The notes under the pieces: generated by a model | What the model was told of the DNA's origin: nothing | Databases searched by the model: none | What the model saw: only the letters and a program-made list of their open reading frames with translations | Program-made: the position numbers and the translations under genes | Origin: Tubiluchus corallicola | Lineage: Eukaryota > Animalia > Priapulida | Assembly (NCBI GenBank): GCA_030141605.1 | Contig: JAQGDQ010002373.1 | Location: 405,921-469,920 of the forward strand | DNA: 64,000 nt | Direction: 5' to 3' | Shown here: positions 15,401 through 30,400 of the stretch, piece after piece | Position numbering within the stretch: the stretch's first letter is position 1 | How the letters are laid out: each line of letters begins with the position of its first letter

Positions 15401-18400
15401 ATTCCTATTTTGGCTGACAATAATTATAAATAGTAAAATAGGCCCACGACTCTCAATCCTAGGTTAATTATTAAGAACTATCAGTATCTATATTTCAACA
15501 CTGAATTATCAGCCCTACCAGTTTTTTATCCTATAATATCTTTGGAAACTATATAAATTTACGGTGTTGTCACACTAAACTACAATTACTGAATACATAA
15601 TTGAAGTAAAAAGTGTAACAGTGTATTGTCACTTTAGTTACTTTGTGAACAAGAATTTGCTTCCGAAAACATCCAACTTTTCCTAGTAATTATATTAATT
15701 GTTAATTTAATTATTTGGCGTGTTTTTAGTATGATAAAAAACTAACATTCAATTACCATCTACTCTTTTAAGCACCAAGGCAGCCGTTTGCTAATTTTTC
15801 ACTGATTAGCAAAATGTTTAAAATTTTTCAATCTAGATTCTTTCACACTTGTTTTTCTTTTGCATTACCAATTAAATTACCATATAATTATCAATTATCA
15901 TTTTTTGGTATAATATGAAGTACAGTATGTTCTGATAATTATAGTATATATATATATATATATATATACTATATATACTATATATACAGTAGTATATATA
16001 TATATATATATATATACAGTAGTCGCTGCTTAATAGACTCATTTTGGGTCCGACGTGTTTTGACCCAATTAACTGAATGAACCTATTAACCGATGGATGT
16101 AAAGTATATTACAGGTACAAAGTGTGAGTCATCAGCTTACTATGCACTGCAAAGGTTTTTAATGAATTTTAGAAACGAAGTAATGGCTAAATTCCTTCAT
16201 GCAGTTAAAAGTTAGAAAAAATGTTTTAAAATATTAATTTATATAAGTGAATTAGCAATAAATTAAAAAGTGTACTTTTTAACCTTAAATCATACAAGTC
16301 TACTTATTTTCAAAAACTACAAAAATTCCTTCAAAGTCGGCTACTTTATTTTATCATGAAGAAGTTGGCTCACAAAGTTCTCAAAATGATAAAAATGTTG
16401 AAAGTCTGTTGTTGCATGATGCACAAATGCTCATAAAATACTTGGTGCTTGGCATGCTTAAACTGTTGACGGTGCCTGTGTTTCTCCGCACCTTCGTCTG
16501 TAGCTTGGCTTAAGCTCCAGCTTGCTATTGTGACGTACTTGCTGTACTGTATTTGCATCCCTGGCATAACAGCATAACAACATCTAACTTATTAAACTTT
16601 CTGGCAAAGACTGCCAGAGCTTCAAAAGCAAACAGCTAAACAAGTGATTAAATGTTTAGCTTCTAGGAATTCTTGGGTAATGAGGTTAATTGCAGCGGAC
16701 TAGCAGGTCAAAGCAAACCATTAGGCTTATACAATTAGGGTATGCTAAAGTAGCTAAATGTTCCTGCTTACAAACAAAACGGTACTTAACATGATTGTTT
16801 CTATGTATATTATAGGAAAAAAGCCAACTAAGATGATATAAAAGTCATAAAAGCTTATGACTCTAAGCTTTAATGACATAAAAAGTCATTAAAGTTCACA
16901 CGAAAGTGTCTTATTTTTGAGCATGTGAAGGCAAAATATCGAATCAATTATGAGGGGTTATTTGATTCAATTAAATGATTGAGTCTATTAAGCGGTGACT
17001 ACTGTATATATATATATATATGATATACTCGGCCATTAATATGCTCATTTGGTGGAAAATACTATACTCTTTAGCCTCCAATACAATAATCAGCATCATA
17101 CAATACAGCAACCCTGGCATAGTTAGCCATAGAAAAACATGGCTGCAGCCTCTCCAAACAATGATGTTATAATAATTATTGCATTTTGTAAGTGTATGAA
17201 CGTACAAAAGAAATATAAAATTCCAGACCGTGTATGTGATTAGTAGAAAATAGAAGTATTTTATTGTCGGCCTGAAGTAGAAAAGCATGTGTGTTTCACA
17301 ACTTACCATCAGTCCATTCATGTGACACTGGATCAAAACATCCATACAGCTGTCCAATAGTAATAGCCTTTGGGTTGATTATGCTATACTGAACATCACA
17401 TTCATCAAATCGCAGTGAACTACGGGGTGTTTCATACGACAATCTTTTGCTGTCGATGTCAGAAAGAGCCAGGGCTAAGATTTTATACGCGCTGGTTTTA
17501 CCTCCCATGGTTTCCCCGACTATCATTAATCCATGTCGCACTGAAATTGTCTCATAAATCTGTCAAAGAAAGAAAATTATATCATGCATGCTTATTGCAC
17601 AAGTAATGTGAAATTTACCCCAATCTAAATCCTCATTATCAAATCACCAGCTATATTTGCACCTTCTGGTGCAAACATAATAGTGATTTTTTTCTATTGT
17701 ACTAAATGACTTATTCTGTATTCTGAATGATAACTTGAATAAAACAGAAATTTGTAATTTACAACCTGTGCCAAAGAAAAATTTCGTAAAAGACTATGAA
17801 ACAACAAAAAGAGTTGTAAGCATAAAAAGTTGTGAGAACATGTAGTCAGGAGCTTGACATTAAACATCAAAGATCTATCTATTCTCGAAATTGCCCATTC
17901 ATTCTTCTTGAATACATAATCTGCATTCAATATATTTGGATTAGCAGCAGTTACCTGAATAATTTTGGTGACAAACCATGGCGTAGCTTGCAAGTTGAGC
18001 TTTGCAAGATTGTGATGAATCGCTTTAAGCAACAAGTCGTAATCCGGTGCAGGAAGTTCGATACCAGGAAATAAATCTGATATGATTCCTTTGAATAGTG
18101 GCACATCCTCAAAAACAAAATGTCACTAGTTAATTAAGCACAATTGTACACAAATTTTAAATTACACACATGCATGCACGCACGCACCCATGCAGCAGGC
18201 AGGCAAACACCCACCCACGCACACACACACATACACACACATATATTGCAAATATATGTAATACTTTATACGTAATACTTGGTAAAGTCTCATGGATTTA
18301 CTCTCAGGAACAGTCGGATACTGTTGTGTAAAAAACACGCCATGTCAGAGCAAATTAGAGTTAGTTAAATTGCTTCGAAATTCAAACCTGTGCCAAAAAC

Positions 18401-21400
18401 TTAGGAAGGTTGACATCATTAATTGCTCTGAGTACAAGAATGGCTTCATCTTGATCAGGGTAAGCTAGCTTCAAATTACCGGCGGCAGTCAGCACCGCTT
18501 TCACAGCACGCATCCCGTAGTCATAGTGATGCTGAGAGGACAGCTGCTCTGAGCATAGTCTGTATGTAGCGACTATTTTACCTGACAAACTGAAGAAAGT
18601 AAATATGGGGTTATCAGGTCTTGTACAGGAAAAAACAGCACTAAGAAAATTTGTAGAGAGGAAAGGTTAAGGAAACCTGCAGAAAGATGCAAGAAGTGGC
18701 ACATGTACATAAATTCAAAATAAAAATGAAAATCGTCAACTTTCGGAAGTTTTTTAACATTAAAAAACACGAAAAGCACCAAAATACTAGAAATGTATAT
18801 GATCCATCCAACGTATACAAATATAATTCTAATACTAGTAATACCTAAAAGAATCAACAAATCCAAGAGAATAGAGTGAAATCTCGCCAATCAGTGCATA
18901 GTCCGGTACCATCATAGCCACCGTGCGAAACAAAACCTAGATAAAAACAGTTTTGGTTTGGGAAAATAAACATTTGTCTGACATGGGAAAATAAACATTT
19001 GTCTGACATGGGAAAATAAACATTTGTCTGACACAAACATGGAACTAACAAGAAAGTAAAGATACACACTTTTGGTAACTTTGTTGCATATATCATATAA
19101 CAAGTATTCCTGATCATAAACAAAAATCTTAGACTACTTTACTAACTTATCCTATTCCAAAAAGCCTAAAGGTGTGTAAATGAAACTGCACACAAAAATA
19201 TTGATACAACTTGCACATTCGGGAAAGGTTAGAGCTTCTCAAATTACAAATCCAAGATAATTTTCTGGAATGCTCATTCTAAAATTTCATGTCCTACCTT
19301 TAGATTATCTGGAAGTTCTTGTCTTCCTGCATATCCAGGGTTCATTGTTATAAACACATTGCAGCTAGGATCCAAGGAAATCTCGGTGCCTGTTTATAAC
19401 ACAAAGTATGTTATGCAGTTCATTTTATTTTCTATTGCATACACAAGTGTTTTTACACATTTTTTAGTGTTCTGATTTGTTTATGTATACGTTTATACAA
19501 ATGTTTCTAGCGATATTTGACCAGGGATGAGGCAGGTGATTGCAGGCTATAATTATGCAAAATGTAGTAAAAAAGGATGACAAACAGAAAATCTAAAAGA
19601 ATCAAGTGCAATACCTTCAAAAACAAACGTGCGACACTCATACGTCTTAGCTTGCTGAATACTGTAAATCTGTTGAGCAATAACCGATAACACTTCCAGT
19701 TCAATGCGATTGAACTCATCAAAGCACGACCATGCTCCAGCCTGTGCTAAACCCTTAAAGAACTTTCCCATGGCTTTGTAATCCAAGCCCTCAGAACAGT
19801 TAAAAACCACACACTAGTGATAGAAAAGGCATTAGTGCACCACAAATGTCAAGCTGGGCAAACAAAAAAGTGCTGGTGATAATTAAATGCATGATTATTG
19901 TTAAAAGTTCTACAAAAAAAGTGAGAAAAAAACGATGTGCCCCATCAAAAAAATTTGTTTCACTACAGACCTGTTTAGCAACAGCTTTTGCCAAGTCTTT
20001 GCAAGTTTCAGTCTTTCCAGTTCCGGCGGGACCTTCTGGCGCTCCGCCTAGATTCAATCTCAATGCACCCATTAGTGTCCTGCAAAAGTATACTGCTACT
20101 TTTCAACTTTAACTCTTATTTTTCAATGTACACTGTTACTTTTCAACGTGCACTGCTACTTTTCAATGTACACTGTTACTTTTCAACGTACACTGCTACT
20201 TTTCAACGTGCACTGCTGCTTTTCAATGTACACTGTTACTTTTCAGCGTACACTGCTACTTTTGAATGTACACTGTTACTTTTCAACGTGCACTACTACT
20301 TTATAACGTACACTGCTACTTTTCAACGTGCACTGCTACTTTTCAATGTACACCGTTACGAGTTTTATTCTGTTTTTCTAGATAATCTAGACCAAAAATC
20401 TAGATTAATGAGAAAAATTTGCAGCAATTAAGACCCACTGACAAATCACAAACTTCTTCTAAAACACTTCAAAGTTTTTTTGGACGCTAACGTTGCATCT
20501 CCAAACACATAAAATAGCATATGATCCAAACTAGAACATAATAAATAACAAATGTAAAAAATCATAAAGACTAACCGATAGCAACGGTCAGTAAGTGGTG
20601 TAATAACTAGACGACTTGAATTGCCCAAATATTCATAACCATAAGCAACACTAGTAGTGATCATGCGCACTATGCACTTTTCTTCTTCCATATAATACCG
20701 CAGCTGGCAAATCCACTTGAAATCTGTAGCGCTAGCAACATTGTCCTTTGCAAGCTGTGCAACTACATCTCGGGCTATACGAACAAAAACACAATTTCTA
20801 TAAATAAGTAATAATGTTGTTAAAATCTAGCTGTATTAGTTTAATTTCGATATAAATATTCTCCCTGAAGTTGCGTGTTATATTCTCTTTCTCATTAGTT
20901 TGTCATAGACAAACAAAGTAAAGGTATAAATTTCACAATTAAAACAAAAAGCTTAATCTTAGCAGTAATTGCAACTTGCTTCTTGTTCTCCACATTTTAT
21001 ATTCATCTGCCCAAGTAGAAAATAATCCCTGCTATAAGCACATTAATTAGGTTTAAAATATTTCAAATTACTAATTATTAAGAAATTGACAAGTTAATGT
21101 TAAAAGGGCATTATTTAAAGGGGTGGGTAGTAATTTTTCAGATAAGTACCACATCAATAATTATAATCAACTGTGGAGGTGACATAACACCGCTCGCAAC
21201 ATCCCTACAGTTACACATTTGTCATCGAAAAAGTACTGACCAAGGACATAGCACAAAAATATTACAAAATGCTACAATAACTGGAGGGGTAATACAGTCA
21301 AGAAACTGAAAACTCACCGTGAACGTCAATGATGATTAAAGCTCCCAGAGTAATTCTTGCACCAGATGAAAGATTTCCGCGAACCAGAGTGACAATGTCA

Positions 21401-24400
21401 TTTATCTGAGAGCAGCAGATTTTCAGGTAGTCCTAGAGATATTCGGAATTATTGCATCAGCCAGACAGTAAGAGCAAAATTCACACCAAAAGAATATTGA
21501 AATGTAACACCGAACAAAACTTGATTTAATGAAAGATTCCAATCAGGACGCAAAGCATTACCTGATAAAAGAAGTTATCATGATTTTCTAAGGAGAAGAT
21601 CTCACTGTACTATTGCTTTTAGTTTAATAAGAGCTTTTTGAGGTTTATTATTATCTATTATCTGCTAAAAATTGTTTGTGTAACAGCCTAATCCTAACAC
21701 AGTACAGTAAGCCCTCACTTAACGACGCCACCTCCCATCGGACTTTAGAAATATATCCATCACACTAAATACAGTTAAATTTAATTGCATTGCATTCGAT
21801 CGGCATGACACTTTTGCACACCAACAGCCAATACTATTATACTGCCAAGGTATAAATTAATGAGGTCACCAAAAATGTTAATTATCAACGGTATCTTTAC
21901 CTCTAAACCTGTTCGAGTCTCAAAAGCTTTCGTAACATCAGCAGTCCAAAACATATTGCTAGCACAGAGAACTATTTGACCAGGCCAGTCCAACACCCAC
22001 TTAATGCGTGGAGTCGTCCTATATGAATCCTTGGCCCAGCAAAGCACCTGTATGTTTATATATTTGCCAATTAAATGCTTCACAGTGCTGTTTCAAAAAT
22101 GTAACTGGGTTGATTTAAGCTTGAATTCACATTGGCCCCCCTGTTCTCTGTTTTAAACTGGTTTCCTTTAAGGTTGATCAACCTCTTACCTGTAAATGGC
22201 TACCCGTGGATTTAGGTCACCCACAATGCAGTTGTACATTGTTTAGCGGTATTCAGTGAGTTATAATTTCATAAATACACTTATAGAAGATCACCATGTA
22301 AGTTGATTAATTAGTTTCTTAAATCTTAAACCTTTGTTTATTAGAATAATTAGAGTGATTAGTCAATAATTAGATTTTGTAATTTACACAAAGTAAAGTA
22401 GAACCATTTGGCATAAACATCTCAGTAAAAATTGAACAAAATTACATGAAATTCTCTTATTTGTTTTCAGATTACACGACACAAGCCACACAATTATATT
22501 ATTGGAATTTCTTTATAAGAAGCTAAACTTTTTTGATTGAAAATAGTACTGACACAGATATGACATGCACGAATATGAATGAGTAATTATTTACAGCATT
22601 CTCAGCCGCTACGAAACTCAATTATCTCCTTATAATTTCAGGAGTCAAACTGTTCTGTTCTTTATATCTCTTTTAAAATAACTTAATTTATGCTGAATTT
22701 TGAAATGTTTAGCTTTCCCAGCGATTCTCAGTTCCCTTTAGAGAAATCTGCAGCACGTGCTGCGAGCCCAGTGTTTAACATGTATAGTTTACCTTTTGCA
22801 GACAAGCAATCATTCTGGTTTCAACTTTGAGAAGCCATTTCTCCACCATACCCTGAAAAAAGCATTTAATTACCATATTAGGATAAGCAAATTCCAGCAG
22901 TCAACTGAAGCAAGTTTTCATACACTTAAATGCACTGCAAGCCAAAATCCTGCACTCAATGACATACTACTCAACACAGATGTTTGTGGCAAGACTGGAA
23001 CCTGGCTTATTATCAAGGATAACCCTATAAGATTATCCACTGTCCTAGCAGAGGTGTCTTAGCCATGTTCGGGTGCATATACCATCCTTCTGAGAGCCAC
23101 AACCTGAACCATTCATGCAAAACACAGACTTGGCTATTTACTTTGCCGTATGAAAAAAATTGCTGTAATTTTGTAAATAATGTCCACCAAAAACACATTT
23201 AAGAGCTAACCAAGTGTGCAGATAAAAGCAAAAGAAGCGTGCTGCTAGTAAACAAAACATAGTAAACAAAATTTTAAAAATTATCTGTTGTTTGCTGCCA
23301 TTATATTGATAAAATTACTACATACCAAGCAATTTATTTAAGAATTTGCCAGCAAATTTTTATAGCATTTCTGGAACTGAATTGTGTGAATTGAGTGAAG
23401 GGGAAATAATAGCAAATAAACCCAAAATACCTTAGCAGCAGCTGGATTGATCTTCTTTGTGAGTCTAACTCTTTCATCTTCAGCTGATATCATGGCTACA
23501 ATCTCTAGATTTTCATTGAATTCAAGCTTGCTGATACCCTCAAAACATTTCTTCAAATGAGGTTGCACTCGTAAGGGATCTTTTGTTTCACTCAGTATCT
23601 CTAACAGCTCGTCATTGGACAGAAAGAAGAATCTAAAGTGTGCATCCAGTTTAGGATTACATAGGGAAAATGACAGCATAATAAAAATTTGAAACAGAAT
23701 ATATATTAATTGGGCTTTGTAGGAACACAGTCTTGTACTGTGTATCGTGATAACTGCAATTCTTCTCACATTTCAAGAGATAAGAAACCGGATGGCCAAA
23801 AAATGAGAAGAGTTTGCAGCATCAGAAGTTACCTGTTTCTGGGTGTTTGATTGATTACTATTTATTTCAACAAAAGCCATAATGAAATACAATTAAAATT
23901 TATATACAATCATAAACAGAAAACTACACTAAAAATACCAAAGTCAATTTATACAAAATGAGACTAAATGAGACAAAATGAGATATAAAATTTACAATGT
24001 TATCTACCATAAATTTAAGACTGTATTCCACAATTTAAAAAAATTTCAATCTAAAATATACTTCTGAATTTACAATAAAGTGAAAAAATTATTTTTGGAA
24101 GTAAGAATTCGTTGTCTTAAACTATAGTAGCATTTTCTTCTCAAATTGCAAGAAATTTTGCAGACCAAGGTTATCACACAAAGTAGATGCACTGCCATCA
24201 GACCCAAGCAAAAATAGTTTACGAATGCCATTATTACCCTTAGAGTATTTAACACATCATTATGAAATTGTTCCAAAGTGAAAAGCCATAATAATTTTTA
24301 CAATAACATTTAAGTAACTTTCAAATTATACGAGCAACACGGAATTCCATAATGAGCAAATCTAAATGAATATAAAATAATATTGTCTGGTTTTGAATGT

Positions 24401-27400
24401 CAGTGTTGTCATTCTTGTCAGTGCACAAGACATATCACAGGTACTTTTCATGTGTACTCAAGTAAACTGCATTGCCATATAGAAAAAGCACACCCAGACT
24501 AATATTCTGAAATATGCATGGGCAAAAAAATATAAATTTAGTTTTCTTAGTATTAAAGTGAATATTGTGTTTTTAAACAGCATTCAAAGTTGTGACATTT
24601 CTAGTTACCACTACTTCTGCTGTCAATCAATCATTCATGAAAATTTCAATAATTTTCGAGATGTGTTACTTTAATCTGAACTTCAAGTTGTAACAAATTA
24701 ACCAATCATGAGCTCATTTTGCATAAAAGGGAATCAATGTAAGGAGTTTTAAAGTCTGACATTTTGTATTAATTGTATATGTAATCTTTTAATCACTTCG
24801 GCTATTGCACATTGACATAACTCTTTCTACAATTTGGTTCTTGTGAAAAAAATTCACACGCATGTAGATGAGATAAAAACAGAAAATTTTATCTTCGAAT
24901 GTATATTCTTAATTACATTAGCGCATGCAGTCAATTTGCGACAATGAAATAACATAAAATGTGAAAAACAGCACGAGACTACTTGCAGCATGTACAAGAG
25001 TCTAAGAGTCTACAAGAGTTGTCATTTCAGAATGAATTAATTTCACTTACCTAGGAAAGTACAAGCGCTTTATCTCCAAATAGCTATTCAATCCTTTCTG
25101 TATCTGATCAAGTAACTCATTACACTTGTCAAGATTTTCTTTCATGTGCTTCTGACCTGTGCAACTGATCACATTTGTGTTGTCAACCTAACGTAAAACA
25201 AAACTGAATGAATTTCTAAATTTGAAAGCATGATAGCGTTTATTACTCAATTATGCTTGGTTCAGTGGGGTTTAGTCACGAGTGACTAATCAGTGTGCAA
25301 GGCAAATTGCTTATGACTAAATATCAATTGACTAATAGATTATACGTATTTTCACATTTTACCTGCTATCTTGGACCCATAATTAGGGCTGTAATGATAC
25401 ATCAAGCTCTCAATGCGATACATGTCATGATATGCCTGAGTTAATGTTTGCAAACTTTATAAAAAATCTAGATGAAGCTGTTGATAATATATGCCAAAAT
25501 AACAGAATTAACTGTTTGATTTTCATTTATTACTTGTGTAAGGTGTAGGCTATTATTAGTAAGCTGCCACAAAAGCAAAACGTTTCAATACTTTAGTTTT
25601 AAAAGTTGCTCGTGCAGCTTCTGGTTCAGCTTTGCCATTTCACAAGTTTATATGCATGTATTGAAACTAGCGTATTACAGAATAAGCACCTTGCATTTTC
25701 AACCACTTTGGCTGTTAGCAGTGCCTGTGCAAAAACACTGTTCACTGCACTGATTGATAGGTACCTACAGTGCACTCTATAGCTGCAGCTTAAATCACTT
25801 CAAATCATTTTTATCAGCATATGGTCAAGCACGTGCTAATTAGCCAAATATCATCAACTTAGGTTATCACGATATGAGCGCATTTTGGTGATACGCATAT
25901 TGTGATAAAAGATATCACAATGCATCGATGTATCATTACAGGCCTAGAAACAATCCCAGCATTTTTAAACCAAACTGTGACCCGATTCCCTACTTTAGAT
26001 GTCTACATGGCAAGTTTCATGCCTCTATGACTTTATTAAATGCTATGTGCATGCAGGTGGCTAAAACTGGATGCCTAACAAAATAAGAATAAGAAATCAG
26101 TGTACGGCTTCTCCTACATTGGTGATGACTATGGATAAAAATGAACCGACAAAGTTATGAAACGAAAAATGGAAGAAGAAAGGGTCGGTCGACTGTGATG
26201 TAAAATAATCCTACTTGTTCTAGCCATTCTCGGTCATCGCAGTATTGTCTTACATTATTGGTATTACTTTACCAAAAATAGTATTAGAAGGTCATGGACA
26301 CAAATTTGCACCAATAATGTGTTTACGCTTCGGCAGCGGTTAATAAGATAAATAAACTTAAATGAAAAGTTTATTAATTTCAATGCAAATGTTCGAGCTC
26401 TTGAAAAACTCCTTAAATATTCAAGTCACAGAATATCATAATAACAAGCAAAAATCTTCAATATGAAAGAAAAAATGCTAATTGAATTAAGTTACCGCTT
26501 TTGTCATGATATCTCTCCAATAGCGATCCACTTTGGTAAATAACCGTCCTTCGTTCGGCATTTGAGCCAAAATGTCGGCAGAACTAAAGATAGGTTCCAA
26601 ATACAACCATGTTGCCTGACACTAAAAAATGTTAAAATTAGGTAGCCTATAAACTGTACCAAAGCTTCACTCTCTGTCACTGATTGCATCTAAAATATCA
26701 CATTTACTGCCAAAACAATTCTTGCAATTTGTCTCAGTCAAATGTTGCATTCACATTGCTCTGGAAAAATTAGCAATTGAAATTGTAGTTTCACTAAAGT
26801 GGAGTTTACCTGGCATCCAAAATGCATTATCCAACTGCAGAATAGCTGCGTACAAAAGTCAAAAGGAAATAGCTGCATAAAAAATAACGCATAACACACG
26901 TCTGATAAACAGGTGCATTGAAAATAATATAAATTGATTTTGTGTATTCCGGATGCTAGGCCGGTAAACAGCACTTTAGTGTAGGTGCCGTCAACTAAAA
27001 AAATAAATAATCCAGAGAGCTGTCTCTTATGTGTTATTATGATATTGTCATTCTCCCATCAAGAATCAATAACAACACTAAAATGATCGCCCATTAGTTG
27101 GTTTCACACTTTCTCTTCTGAGACGGTGGCTATAACTGTCAAATTACTCTATTCTAAGGCTTCAACACCAAACCACTGACAGAAATTTCAAATAGAATGT
27201 TAGCATAATAGACTCATATACCATTCTGTTGTTTCACTACATAAAGTGATAAGTTGTTGACAAAGCATGTCAGAGGCTATCTCACTGTTTCTCGAACCAG
27301 AAACCTCATTAGACTGCACAGTACCTAGAATAACTACTTCTTCCATAGATAAAACAATACGGAAGAGAAACACATTAGTGAAACATATGAGCAACTGTAC

Positions 27401-30400
27401 TTTCAGACAAATTTAGCAGGATATTTGAAATGCACATACAATTAGCCATGATTCGATGGTTTCTTGGGCATATACCAGCTTCTTTTCCCATACATGAATG
27501 TCATCCTCAAAAGGTTTGATGTAGGGTGAGCCACGCATGGTTTGAACTTTTAAAATATGATCATCCAACAATGCTTGTATGTCGTCAACAGCAGTTAAGA
27601 TGGATATGCCCTAAAAAATTTATAAATACTCTAACAATATAGCTGACATACATCTCATACATAAGAAGCTAGAAGAAGAAGAAAAAGAACAAGAAAAATG
27701 AAGAAGAGGAAACCTATACCCCTGAAGGAGCTCGACCAATTTTCTCCCCGCTCTTAAGACCATGTACTCATTTAGGGTTGAGTAAGCCTAGGATGGAAGT
27801 CCTGTTTATGGTTTGAAAAACACCGATGTGAGTAGAATTAGAAATCAAATACCATTGAATTAGGGATATTAACGGTAATGATATGTATTGATAATTAGCG
27901 ATTATTGTACTGATATGAAAAATTTGTTGTTATTGCTATCGTATCGATATTGGGATATATCGTTGTTTATCGCTTACCTTTATAAAATCACATTTCTTTT
28001 CTATTTATTTACAATAACTAAGCAAAGAAGTGGATAAAGAATTATTTAAAATTATAAGCAAGTCAGACACTGAATCATTGTTACTGAAGTATACAGACCC
28101 CTTTATACACTTTGATACAGACGTACAGATGTCAAATACACTGTACTGTAGTTTTAGTATCACTAAATTTCCTTGTCATGTGCAGCTCGCATAGATAAAT
28201 ATATTTATCGCAGTAAAATGTTTATCTGTCGCAGTTTACTTATTTATAATTATAATGAAAAACAAACATGTGTCATTTAAGTGTACAGCATTGAATGCAC
28301 CAAAGCAGTTAATAATCTTAATTATTAATGACAATTTTTGCTACATAAACTGTCAAACTTCAGAATTGGTTTTATCGTTCAAAATAATTTGAAAAACACA
28401 AAAAATATTTTTCAATTTGAAATGAATTTGTTGCTGATGTGCACTCCATCATCCCTTTGTTTTACATGCCAGTTAGGGTGAGGAGAAAAGAGGGTAAAAA
28501 ACCTGGTTTTCAACAAAGGCCTAGTACAGTAGTTGCTTTGTGACAGGAACTGCTAAATTTACATGGGAGCACCAGGGTCTTTTTTGGGCAGAACTTGAAT
28601 GAACTTTGTGAAAATATACATTAACGTTCTTATCTTAAAACCTGCTATGAGGAAATACTTGCAAATTAAACACTTTCAAATCAGGAAAGAAATACTTTAC
28701 AAGCTGCGAAAAAAAATTAGCTAAAGAAACTTCTTATAAGCATAAAAGAAATCAAAATGCCCATTAAGCCTAAAAAAAGCAAGACCGTGATGCAAACTGG
28801 ATAATTTTTTGTTTTATTGCCATGTGCTAAGTGTGCTTTTTACATTAGTATGGCTGTTCTCCATTTATTGGTGATTAGCTGGCATTCTTCGGGCATTGAA
28901 ATTTTTAATATGCAACAATAACGGATATGTTGCTCAAAAAGTGGCGGTTTTATCAATTCCACATAATCTGCTGTTTATCTGGTACAGCAAAGAATGTGAT
29001 TCTTTAGTTTTAAATGTCCATCTTGAGGAAAACTATGAAATGTGCAAGCTGCCTATTGCATGGCTAACATAAAATAAAGTGAAGTAAATTTAGGGTACTG
29101 TTTCAAAATTGTCAGCAAAAGTAAGAATTATACATACTGTATCTCTGTATGGAACAAACTGAAACAATATCTCATCCCAATCAGCCTTCATCTTATTCAG
29201 AGCTTTCTCCAAGCTATATTCTTTAGTAGCGGCTACTCCAATTTCCTCTAGCCTGAAATTCAAAAACTTAGCAAATCATTTGTTCGTTGTAAAGACAATA
29301 AAATTCTTGCAAACAGTGATTTACATAGACCTTTTCTAAGATATCAGCAAAAACCACTAAAACATCTGGAAATAAGTATTACAAATATTACACATAAAGG
29401 CTAATAATAATGCATTTAAAAAACTGGTATAGACTGAGTTGAAGTAGTTTTAAAATCTGTAGCAAAAATGTACAATGCACAAAATGCTTTTAGTAACTGT
29501 CCAAATGTAAGCCGGGGTTCATAAAAACCTGTTTTAAATACAACTACTCACTTATCAATATATTTTGTCAGGCCAAAGTCTACTAGGTCGGCTAGTGAAG
29601 TATCGGCTTCAATAATCAGCTGAAAGCCAACAATGCGACTTATCTCTTTCCAGTGCCTGGCTTTTAGTCCTGCAAAAACAACGAAACTAAAAATAAGATT
29701 CTCGGTTTTGTGAAAGAAATTATCGTACAAAATTTGCATGTTGACTGCCCATGATATTCAAGCATTTGTCAGTCCGAGTTATTCTTACTGAACAAATTTT
29801 TCATTAATACAGCATGAGATTAGAAAAAGATTGGATAAAATATGTTGTATTTCATATACTTACACCTTGTATGTTAGGTAAATTAAAGTATAATTCACAA
29901 ATAGCTGAATGACTAATTAATTAAAGAAGGAAGCACTGAAAAACATCCACACATTAACAAAAAATCAGGAAAATGACAAGGTTTACAAAGATAAGTATAA
30001 TGAACTGAAGAAGGAAGCAATTAAAAATTGTGAGTCAGCCAGGACTAAAACCCAGAAACTTATGTTATCCAGGTCACATTTTCTGTCATTTTACCTGTCA
30101 ATTAAAGTAGCAAAGCAAATCCGAGATCACAGTCTAGCAGTATACAATCAATCAAGCCCCCTATTTGTCAATAAACACATATGCGGGTAAGTTCCCACAC
30201 TGCTTACATCAACGTGCCGAAGTTTTAATCATGGTAAAAGAAAATAATGAGAATCCCTTGAAAATTATCACAATAACGTTACACAGATATTACGTATAAT
30301 CTCATAGTCATAGTCATAGTCATACTAATAATATCAGGTCACTCCATTAGATTTTTCCAAAGATACTGAAGTCTTAAAACAACTAGACAAAAATAAATGC

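Noticed and set aside
20088-20359. Possible CRISPR-like array
   Set aside because: Head-to-tail repeats with no unique spacers, no cas genes, and a eukaryotic intron context.
19988-20431. 147-aa plus-strand ORF with repeated [15 protein letters not shown]
   Set aside because: Translation of the 20-bp minisatellite, antisense to a dynein exon; not a credible protein.
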